Source: Atractiella rhizophila (lineage: Eukaryota). From it: a stretch of DNA of 33,630 nucleotides. This document shows positions 11,056 to 20,389 of this stretch, in pieces (position 1 is the first letter of the stretch; every line of letters begins with the position of its first letter). Both the position numbers and the translations under genes were made by a program. The notes below the pieces were generated by a model. That model saw nothing but the letters and a program-made list of their open reading frames with translations, was not told the DNA's origin and searched no databases. The stretch is taken from assembly GCA_021432655.1 (NCBI GenBank), contig MU271666.1, positions 1-33,630 of the forward strand, read 5' to 3'.

Positions 11056-12926
11056 ATAGATATTCATCTTGCACATAAACATTATTGTTATTCCGACTGA
11101 GAAATGCTTGCAGGAGCCATTAAGAAAACCATCTAACCCATCCAGCAAAGAACACGATGGAAGAACGTACAAATTGGACTGTATAATCCCTTGCAGCCTC
11201 ACTACTTCCTTTGAGACTGTTTAACTAACGTAAACCGTTTTAAAAGCGCGGACACCGGATCAGGAGAGCCTTAAAGGCTTTTAAGAGAGGGGGTAGGTAG
11301 GGGGAAGGGGATGAAATTACGGTAGGAGAAGCACAATACTCTACATTCTGTTCTAAAGCGAAAGGACTAGTCAGTGGCCGTTGCCACCTAACCATTCTGA
11401 AATAAGTGCAATGGCAGAGAATCCATCACCCATTGGTATATTATTTGCTTCCCCCTTTCCCCCTTCCGTTGCTCAGCTCACACTCCTTCCTGCTCAATTC
11501 GAGTTGTGCAATGTAAGTGCGAGAGGGCGTGTAAGTCTGGCTGAAAGTGGGAACTCTGGTCCGCACTCTGCCACAAAGAAGTATAACTCCCCCTGCTTTC
11601 TACGGTGACCCTAGCACGCGAAGAAGAACAGCAGACCGTGGCAGTGAAGGAAAAGGGACTCGAACCAGCTCGAACTCGTTTTGAAATTTTGAACTTTGGT
11701 TTGGTTCAAGTTCTACTTTCGGCCGCCGGTGGCAAAAAGGGCAAAGTTGAACGTCAACGTCGTACGAACGAAGTGGCCACCCTCCTTCAACTGCAGCTCT
11801 CCTACCAACCTTCCGGCTCGTCTGCGCATTGTATGAAGATGTCCCATATCTCCTGAACCCAATCACGGTGCCATGGCAGACGCGGCGGTGGTGAAGCCAA
11901 GTTGCTAATGTTCAGCACTGGCCGTGCAAAATGCAGGTGAGCAGCCATTCAAGTTCAAGTTGGTAAGAGAAGGGTTCAACATTCAAGCTCAAAGTGCCAT
12001 ATTGTGCATGAAAAAAAGGCTGAAAGTGTGATATAAATTGCCACCTGATCGCCTGATGTCTCTCGTGTTACGCTTGACATTTTCAAGTTTTTGAGGTGTC
12101 AGCGTTGCAATTTACTAGGGGGTATGTAGCAAGGAAGGAAAGCGTGATTCTAGCATTGAATCAACACCTTTTCAAGGTTTGGAGTGCTTTCGTCGCTCTT
12201 TTGTTTATTTTTGTCTACTTGGCTCTTCGTCGTCCCTAGTAAGCGGCAGTAACACTGACGTGGTGGTTTGGGGGGTTGAGCCAGGCTCAGTTGTGTCTCT
12301 TTACGATTATTTCCAACCTTCTCCCACTGCTCGCAAGAGGTGTATCCACCGCCCTGCGACCAGCGTCCTTTCCAACCTCCAAGATTCACGCTGAGATGAC
12401 GCCTGACGCCCCACCACTTCGTAGACATGGACAACATCCGTTTGCACCATTCATTCCGAGTCAACCAACAGGTCCGTGGTCCCTTCGTTCGATTAGTTCC
12501 TAGTTATCCTGCTGTGGCATGCATCTAGTGGAGTGTGCTTAATTCTTCGAGCCTACAACGGCATTTGCAATGGATAATGGCTGACATTCCCTTCAGAAAA
12601 GGTCATATCAAGTACTTAAGTGCTTCAGAGTGAAAGAGACATGAAATGGTACTTTCCGCTTACTACCATCTTACTGCCTGAGATGTGCCTGATACACTCC
12701 TATCGCACTCGGATCCCCTTCTGCGCACAATGCTCTAAGTAATGATCACTACCTGATACGACTAAACATCCTTCATGATATGCATCTGTTCAAAAAACTT
12801 CTACATGATCACCGGCTGAAATGTTTCCCTAAGGCTTCCGATCACATCTTCTCAGACTGTTGTATTACCTGATTACTTGGCAATCAGCTTTCCGAAATCT
12901 GATGAACCTGATGGACTGATCAATAT

Positions 12927-12954
12927 TGATCAGTCAGTTAAGCTTTTCATGATG
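12927..12954 (-). repeat. Right terminal inverted repeat (CATCATGAAAAGCTTAACTGACTGATCA on the minus strand)
   Basis: Matches 6292-6319 at 27 of 28 positions. Confidence 0.93.
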
Positions 12955-13148
12955 TAGTCTTCTCATGCCATACTATTCTCTTAGGTTTACCTCCACTACA
13001 GACGCATCGCCCATCGGCGACCGCACATAGTGTTTGCCGTAACAGTCTTGACCTAAGTACCAAAGACTAGGATTTCACCTAGCAGGGCATATAGGGGTGT
13101 TGGACCCCTCAAAGTGAGGAAGACCCTTCAGCGCGTTTTCGTTGAAGG

Positions 13149-13648
13149 TTATGAAAACGCACATTCGGGACGAACTGCGAGAGGGTGTGCAGTATGATAG
13201 TCCTTTATAGCATCCTGCAAATTTTCCTAGATCTGCGATGCTGATCCACTCGTCCTCAGATGGTAAATACCCTTTGTATCGAACGTGATATTTGAAACTC
13301 TATTTCGGGTACCGAACCATTTTCTATCGACAATTTTTACAACTTCCCATTCCTCAATTCCATTTACCAATTCCCAAGGTGGTTTGGGTAACTGGATTCT
13401 GCCAGGGATGTCATCTTCGTTGACTTTCGTACTAGACCCACATGGAACATGGGATGTATCTTCCATGAGGATGGCAACTCAAGTTTAAGGTTGAGGGGAC
13501 TCAAACTTGCAAAACGCAAAATGGGCCACGCCATTTGTCGTCTAACTTTTTGACAGGTCTCGTCGATTTGATGTTTTTCGCGCTCAACCAGACGAAATCG
13601 CCGACGTGATATTCAGGCGCCGGTGCGTGTTTTCCGTCATAATGCTTT
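13149..13648 (-). pseudogene. Displaced 3' end of gypsy pol: integrase GPF/Y region plus chromodomain
   Basis: Minus-strand translation KHYDGKHAPAPEYHVGDFVWLSAKNIKSTRPVKKLDDKWRGPF, then IHPMFH and EEWEVVKIVDRKW (chromodomain), ending at TAA 13151-13149; frameshifted. Confidence 0.88.
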
Positions 13649-13998
13649 TGTCAGGTTTGCATCTTACGCAAATCGGCGCCCGTTCACCGGATTGCATCTC
13701 CTATCGCCCATTTGCGTTCCCTGTGAATCGGCGCCCATTCGCCCATTTGCACCTACATCACCACTTAGCCCAATTGTGCCTATCCTCCTCTTATTAACTC
13801 CGTGTAATCCCACTGTCACTTCCCCTTTTAGTTCTCTTACATGTTTCATCTGCTCTTCTCTACGCTCTGTGGCAGTGTTATTCCACTTGTATATATAGAT
13901 CGGAGAATAGTGGAGGTGACCTTAGAGTATTCTCTTAGGTTTATCTCCACTACAGACGCATCGCCCATCGGTGACCGCACATAGTGTCAGCCCTAACA
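13649..13998 (+). repeat. LTR (350 bp), currently in the 5' LTR position of gag-pol
   Basis: TGTCAGG...CCCTAACA; TATATATA at ~13890; inverted copy at 18369-18818; 5' flank GCTTT (13644-13648). Confidence 0.93.
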
Positions 13999-14038
13999 GA
14001 AAAATACTCTCTCTCTTTTCAAAAACCAAACTTAAAAA

Positions 14039-15345
14039 ATGTCGGAGGTTTGGGGAGATATGGAAACGCGCGAATCGCCGACGAGCGAAGAACACATCCA
14101 TCACTTAGGAAGGATGTTCCAATCTCTACACCTTACAACCGAAAACCAGTTCAAAAAAATCGAACAAGACCTCATAGCAAGTTTCAACCAACAAAATGCA
14201 CAAACCTCCCAAAATGCGCACGAAATTGCGCAACTGAGGTCCGACGTCCAGAACACAAACGACCGAATTTTACAATTACTGGACTCCAGACTGCCTCCTC
14301 CTAGAGACAGTGGAACCACCTCCCCCTTTTTATCGAGAACAGACCCAATACCCCAAACTTACTCTCCTCCCTCTATACCTCAAAATGCACAAGTTTCGCC
14401 TTATGCAGGAATCAGACTTGCCACACCCTCTCTCTTCAAAGGAGTGCCTAGTTCAGCGCCGACCATTCTTCGTGAAATTCACATCTACACGTCTGCCATC
14501 CCACGACAGTTCCCTTCAGAAAAGTCGAAAATCTCATTTACTCTATCGTATATGAAAGAAGGAGACGCTGAAAAATTCGCCTCTGGGATACCCCGCCGAC
14601 TTGTCGAAAATGAGGAACAGATTTCGTGGGAGCAATTTTTGTCGGAGTTCAGATCGCCTTTTTGCAAAACTGACCACAAACTTATTGCACAAACGAAACT
14701 GTCTTCCCTGCAACAGAAGGGCAACCTGGAGTCCTACATCATCAAGTTTGAGGAGTTGGCAAATCAGGCAGACTTTGATGATGAGGCGCTCACATTTTTC
14801 TTCAAACGGGGCCTCAACCCTGCCCTGTACCTTAAAGTGACACAAGGTGATTCCCCAAGTCCCTTGAAGAGTGGAAGAAAAAAATGCGGCGAATTGACGC
14901 AGAAGAATTTGCGCATTCCAGCTTCTTTCAGGGCATCTCATCGGCGACGAGTGGAACCCAAAATACACCTTCAGCAAAGAAAGATCACTCAAAATCGACG
15001 AAACAGAAGGACAACAGCGCACTCCCTCTGTACCGACCGAGCGCGGCTTTGTCGCCCATCGCCGCTTCGCAACCTCATGAAGCCAAAGACCCCGACGATA
15101 TGGAGGTGGACGCAACAAAGTTCAGACCGCCTCGTTGTCGAAGATGCCAAAAGATCGGACACAGAGAGAAGGAATACAAGGTGTCCATGAGCAAAGAGCA
15201 ATATCTTCATGCACAAGGGAAATATTTCGACACTCGTCTCGTAGAACAAGAACGACAATCTGCGCAAATCGCCGACCGGTCGCCGAAAACGAGCGTCGCT
15301 CAATCATCGGATCTGGAGGAGGATTTTTCAGACGGCGATGGGTGA
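14039..15345 (+). pseudogene. Retrotransposon gag, broken by one frameshift near 14850
   Basis: Retrotrans_gag-like motifs KISFTLSYMKEGDA, SWEQFLSEFR, LQQKGNLESYIIKF and FFKRGLNPAL. It continues in the -1 frame as PKSLEEWKKKMRRID, DPDDMEVD and a degenerate zinc knuckle CRRCQKIGHREKEY; stop at 15345. Confidence 0.88.
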
Positions 15346-15365
15346 AAGGAGTGTCCCCGTCGCCG
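15321..15365 (+). promoter_or_regulatory. Putative -1 programmed ribosomal frameshift signal (gag-pol)
   Basis: G_GAT_TTT heptamer (15321-15327) in the gag frame, a 5-nt spacer, then a 10-bp stem CGGCGATGGG (15333-15342)/CCCGTCGCCG (15356-15365). The -1 frame is open past the gag stop. Confidence 0.75.
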
Positions 15366-18300
15366 ACTTGCAATTCATTTTCGTCATCTAAAATCACTTC
15401 CAACAAAATGCTGCTTTGCGCAGATTTCCCTTCTCCCGAACAAGACTCCCCATTCCCAAAATTGTGCTTTCCAACTTGGAGACAAAGATGCGCAGATGTC
15501 GCAAAAATGTACGACAAAGTCCATTTACATTCTTACAATATCGATGGATCCCTCAATCATCAATCAGGGGGGTTCCATCCATTCTGTCGCTTATTTACCC
15601 ATTTCGATCGCCGCCCATCACGAAGTTTGGCAATTCGCTGTGGCGGAGTTGGGGACAGTCGACATGATTCTGGGTCATGACTGGCTAAGACACCACAACC
15701 CAGAGATTAACTGGGCTTCAGGGAAAGTTGAGTTCTCTCGTTGCCCCACCAGTTGCAACGCGGTTGATGTGTCTACCACAGGAGACCAACTTCCATCGTC
15801 TTCTTCCTCAATATGTGCTGCCATGACAAAATCGCAGAAACTGGCGAAAGACGCAGCGGCGATGAGACCAAAGAGCGTTGTCGAAATACCGACGCAAATC
15901 ACCGATTTTGCAGACATTTTCGACGACGAAAAATTCAAAACCTCGCTTCCTCCTCGACGACCTTGGGACCATGCCATCAACCTCAAACCAGAAGCTCAAC
16001 CATATGCTGGTCCCGTCTACCCCTTGAAAAAAGACGAACAAGCGGCGCTCGACCAGTTCATTGATGCTGAACTGAGCGCCGGTCGTATACGTCCTAGCAC
16101 AGGTGAACATGGTGCTTCCGTCTTTTTTACACACAAAAAAGACTCACCCGAACTTCGTCCCCTTTTCGACTATCGTAAGTTGAATGAAGCCACAATCAAG
16201 GACAAAACTCCACTCCCTATCCAAGCTGAGCTTTCTCCATGGTCTCTGGTAAGAAATTTTTTAGCAAGATTGACCTGAGAAAAGGTTTCAACAACATTCG
16301 CATCAAAGAAGGAGACGAGCACAAAGTGACGTTTCGCACAAATCGCGGACTTTTTGAACCATTGGTGATGTATTTTGATCTCTGCAACTCACCGGCAACT
16401 TTTCAGGCTTTCCTGAACTCTATTTTTCGCGCGATGATCGCCGCTGCGTTCATCTTCATATACATTGATGATATCCTCATTGCGACAGAGACTGAAGAAG
16501 AACATTGGGAACGTGTTCAACAAGTTTGTCAAATTTTGCGCGAAAATGGGCTTTACGTAAATTTGCAGAAATGCGTTTGGTGTCATGAGGAGGTGGAGTA
16601 TCTAGGCTTGATCATTTCCAGCAGAGGGATCGAACCAGATCCAGTGAAAGTTGCAGGAGTGATGGATTGGCCGGAACCAAAAAACATGAAGGAAGTCCAA
16701 ATGTTCCTCAGTTTCGCTAATTTCTATCGCCACTTTTGCGACAGATTCAGTTACATCGCATGACCTTTATATGAACTGACAAAAATGGAGGTTTCCTGGG
16801 ACTGGGGGGTAGATCAACAACGTTCGTTCGCCGCTTTGAAACAACTCATGACTTCGGCGCCTGTCTTGGCACATCGCGAACAAATAGGACGGTTTTTGCT
16901 TGAAGTCGATGCATCAAATTTCGTGACAGGCGCCGTTTTGTCGCAAATGAAGCCAGATGGGAAGTTCCATCCTCTCGGTTTCGTGTCAAAATCGCTCAAC
17001 GCCGCCCAGAGGAACTACGACACCTACGACAAAGAAATGCTCGCGATTATGTGTGGACTGCAAGAATGGAGACACCTCCTTCAAGGTACTGATGAGCCAT
17101 TTCTGATCTTGACCGATCACAAAAATCTTGAGTATTTCAGAATGCCTCAAAAGTTGAATCGGCGACAAGCGCGCTGGATCACTGAACTTGCATCTTTCAA
17201 CTTCTCTCTTTTACACCGTCCTGGACGGAACTCCGCAAAACCAGATGCGCTCAGTTGGCGACCGGATCACAAACCGGGGACTTGTGACAACTTCGATGTA
17301 GTATTACTCCCAGAATGTTTTTTCAACACAGATCGTATCACCATCAACGCGACTGGGAGCGCGGTCGCGCTCACAAGATAAATGTCGGAGTTGAGTATAC
17401 TGGAATGTGTGAAAAAGGTACCTGAGAACAAGTAGTCAAGGCCTTGAGAGAGATCCTAAAAGAACCAGTCGATGCAATTCGCCGACGGGAGTGGCAAGAA
17501 GTCGATGGCGCTCTATACTTTCGCGGAAAACTCTACATTCCCCGAGACGACGAAATTCGCTGCTCGATTCTGCAAGATCTGCATGACTCGCAAATCGCCG
17601 GACACCCAGGAGTAAAATCGATGATACCTCTCGCAAAAAGGTACTACTGCTGGCCAGGTTTGGCGCATTACGTTCGCCGCTATGTCAGCGCCTGTCATAC
17701 TTGTCACAGAACGAAAAACTTTCCCCCCCCACCTGTCGGGTTTTTGCAACCAAATGACATTCCCACACGTCGATGGCAAATTGTCACCATGGACTTGGTT
17801 GGACCACTCCCAGAATCTGGGGGGTTCAACATGATTTTCATCATAGTTGACAGACTCTCAAAACACACCCATCTCATTCCCACCCATTCGATGATGGATG
17901 CAGAAGGCCTTGCAAGACTTTTTCGCAACACGTATGGAAGTTACATGGACTTTTCGATATATCACAATTTTTGATCGCAGCAACAAGTTTCTGTCCAAAT
18001 TCACATCTGCGCTTTTTCGCCTATTAGGTATCAAAGGTTCACCATCGACAGCCTATCACCCGCAAGTGATGGTCAGACTGAATGTATGAACCAAGAGGTT
18101 GAGCAATATTTGCGCATTTTCTGCAACCACCTTCAGGATAATTGGGTGGAAGGACTTCCCAACGTAGAATTTGCGCTCAACAATCGCGTTAGTTCGGCGA
18201 CGGGCGTAACTCCATTTTCGCTCGATTGCGGTTAACATCCTCGCATGGCCATTGAACCCATCTCCGACGAAGAAGTTCCCGCAGCAGCGCAATTCGTCGA

Positions 18301-18368
18301 AAGGATGCAAATCACTGACCGGGAAGCACAAGCGGCACTCGAACAAGCAGCTGATCTCATGGCAAAGC
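15321..18368 (+). pseudogene. Retrotransposon pol (PR-RT-RNase H-IN), multiple frameshifts and stops, cut at the integrase by an inverted LTR
   Basis: PR C-terminus DMILGHDWLRHHNPEINW; RT DYRKLN, FSKIDLRKGF, YIDDIL; RNase H EVDASNF, YDKEMLAI, TDHKNL; integrase HHCC (HDSQIAGHPG...CHTC), VTMDLV, STAYHPQ. The Ty3/gypsy domain order is preserved. Confidence 0.93.
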
Positions 18369-18818
18369 TGTTAGGGCTGACACTATGTGCGGTCACCGAT
18401 GGGCGATGCGTCTGTAGTGGAGATAAACCTAAGAGCATGATATGACCTGAAGACTAACCGGGAGTGGAGATAAACCTAAGAGAATACTCTAAGGTCACCT
18501 CCACTACTCTCCGATCTATATATACAAGCGGAATAACACTGCCACAGAGCGTAGAGAAGAGCGGATGAAACATGTAAGAGAACTAAAAGGGGAAGTGACA
18601 GTGGGATTACACGGAGTTAATAAGAGGAGGATAGGCACAATTGGGCTAAGTGGTGATGTAGGTGCAAACGGGCAAACGGGCGCCTATTTGCACGCATGCA
18701 AATAGGCGACGGGAGACACAGATTGGCGACGTGCGCCGATTCGCAGGGAATGCAAATGGGCGATAGGAGACGCAATCCGGCGAACGGGTGCCGATTTGCG
18801 TAAGATGCAAACCTGACA
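18369..18818 (-). repeat. LTR (450 bp) in inverted orientation
   Basis: Reverse complement of 13649-13998 with 11 substitutions and two extra internal repeat units (53 and 47 bp). Flank AAAGC at 18364-18368. Confidence 0.93.
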
Positions 18819-18945
18819 GAGAATAGACACATTTGGGCTAAGTGCTGATGTAAACACAAATGGGTGAAGAGGCAATAGGAAGATGATTTGTGTAGAACAC
18901 AAACCGGTGAACGGGCACTGATTTGCACAGGATGCAAACCGGACA
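18819..18945 (-). repeat. 5' fragment of an older, diverged LTR of the same family
   Basis: TGTCCGGTTTGCATCC...CACTTAGCCCAAATGTGTCTATTCTC on the minus strand resembles the LTR 5' part and is cut off where the 18369-18818 LTR begins. Confidence 0.75.
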
Positions 18946-19199
18946 GATACACTTTTCAGATTGTAGGGTTGAAAATATATCCTTTCGATGAATTGAGGAC
19001 AGAGGAACGAGCTTGTAGCTCCACAATCGAATAAAGCAGTAACTGAGAAAGTTTGTCCATCAATGAGAGATTGAAATTGGATAGGCAGCTTAAGATGAAT
19101 CCTTGACTTTTCAATACCAGTGGTTCAAAAAAAGAGGTGAGTTGGGAACTAGTAGATAGATTGGATAAACTGAATTTTGTACTATCCCTTATCTCATTT

Positions 19200-19858
19200 T
19201 TGGCCAAGGAGGGCATACCCATCACTCTTGATCTTGATCTTTTTCTTGTTCCAACATAGAGGTAGATAAGTTCTCCAAAGCCATTCTGATCACATGTCTG
19301 ACTTGAAGATTGCGGGGAAACGGACGAGAGCAGCATCTGGGCCCTCAGGTTGGACGAAGACATAAACTCCCTCAACCAAGACAAGATTAGAAACCATAGC
19401 TTCATGCCCACAGAGCTACTCCATGAAAGGAACCCATTAGACCGGCACACACTTACACCGGAGGATGTGAGGGACCTGGTGGAGGGCGAAAAGGAACTGA
19501 CAAGGAAGAAGGTCGAGGTATATCTTGGACAGTTGGAGGCAAAAAGGGAACAAGCATTTGTTAACAAGGTCAAGTACACGGCAACGATGCAGGAGAATTT
19601 GGATAAACATGCAAACCCAGTCGAATTTAAGGTGAATAATCTCGTCATGGTGCTTGACAGCACTATCCGCATGCAATCCTCATGAAAACTTGAAGACATG
19701 TGGTTTGGACTGTTCAAATCGTCGGGAAAAGAGGAAACATCAATGGAGAAGAATCAACAAAGGCACAGTCTTGGATTTTGGAAACATTAACTGGAGTGAG
19801 AGTAGGTGGATATTTCCACAACCAACGCCTTAAACGCTTTCACACAAAGGGACCCTGA
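19200..19858 (+). pseudogene. Degenerate integrase C-terminal fragment of a different Ty3/gypsy-like element
   Basis: ORF 19350-19685 ends VEFKVNNLVMVLDS...SS*KLEDMWFGLFK (GPF/Y-like motif), then YFHNQRLKRFH. The protein sequence is dissimilar to the 13149-13648 copy. Confidence 0.6.
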
Positions 19859-19979
19859 AGCGGAAGAGGTTTAGCTACAGTATTATCAGATCATACCTCA
19901 TATTTCATTATCACATATCTTATCATTTACTCATCTCATATCACCATTTTATTCAGCCTGCCACCTATTTTATCTTCTC

Positions 19980-20389
19980 TGTGAGCCGGCACCTGTGGCA
20001 GGCACAAACATGTACAATCCATAGAATGAAAGCTAAGATACATCCACTTTCTCTCACTCACGTTCCATCCCCAGTCGCCCATCCATCTATTGTGCTTCCA
20101 TTACCACTTAGCCCAAATGTGACTATTCTCCTCTTATTGACGCCACGTAATCCCACAATTGCCTTCCCCTTTTGGTCCTCTTACATGTTTCATATGCTCT
20201 CCTCTATACTTCGTGGCAGTGTGATTCTGCTTGTATATAGATCGGAGAGTAGTGGAGGTGACCTTAGAGCATTCTCTTAGGTTTATCTCCACTACAGGCT
20301 AGTCTTCTCATGTCATATCATGCGCTTAGGTTTATTTCCACTGCAGATGCATCACCCATCAGCGACCGTACATAGTGTCCGCCATAACA
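19980..20389 (+). repeat. Diverged LTR (~410 bp) of the same family, no matching TSD
   Basis: TGTGAG...CATAACA. The 3' two-thirds align with the other LTRs (TATATAGATCGGAGAGTAGTGGAGGTGACCTTAGAG). Flanks TTCTC and TAATG differ. Confidence 0.8.

Larger units (their letters stand above)
6292..12954 (-). mobile_element. Plavaka-type (CACTA/EnSpm-related) DNA transposon, 6,663 bp, full length
   Basis: 28-bp TIRs (27/28 identical); TA on both flanks (6290-6291, 12955-12956); internal Plavaka-like transposase. The uninterrupted site is visible in two sibling LTRs (18451-18460 and 20295-20306). Confidence 0.9.
5888..13044 (+). repeat. Solo LTR (LTR-A, ~492 bp) split by the DNA transposon into 5888-6291 and 12957-13044
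   Basis: Starts TGTCAGG and ends TAACA. Perfect 5-bp TSD GTCTT at 5883-5887 and 13045-13049. The TATATATA box and AGAGTATTCTCTTAGGTTTA(C/T)CTCCACTACAG block are shared with the other LTRs in the window. Confidence 0.9.
5300..18818. mobile_element. Degenerate, internally inverted Ty3/gypsy chromovirus-type LTR retrotransposon hosting nested insertions
   Basis: gag, PR, RT, RNase H and integrase lie on + (14039-18368). The integrase C-terminus, chromodomain, 3' UTR and PPT lie on - (13648 down to 13045, then 5887 down to 5306). The junctions carry matching 5-bp duplications AAAGC/GCTTT and GTCTT. Confidence 0.85.

Noticed and set aside
11381..12503. Additional cargo genes (e.g. TET/JBP) inside the DNA transposon
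   Set aside because: Only short ORFs without recognisable motifs; no HxD...H dioxygenase signature was seen.
13045..13135. Hammerhead or HDV-like ribozyme identity for motif R1 (CTGAAGG...GAAA; TCCTCAC)
   Set aside because: CTGAnGA is not matched, R2 lacks both hammerhead core segments, and I could not build the nested HDV double pseudoknot. It is left as an unassigned structure.
14845..14865. Programmed frameshift inside gag (the remnant at ~21215 shows the same frame break)
   Set aside because: There is no canonical slippery heptamer in this copy, and the remnant has other indels, so decay or sequencing error is a sufficient explanation.
18956..19717. 253-aa minus-strand ORF
   Set aside because: It is the antisense shadow of the degenerate integrase fragment, Ser/Leu/Phe-rich with no motifs.
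19975..19979. TTCTC flank shared by the 19980 LTR and the 18818 LTR end, as a possible TSD
   Set aside because: Both are 5' flanks of their LTRs, which cannot form a TSD pair; it is a low-complexity pentamer.
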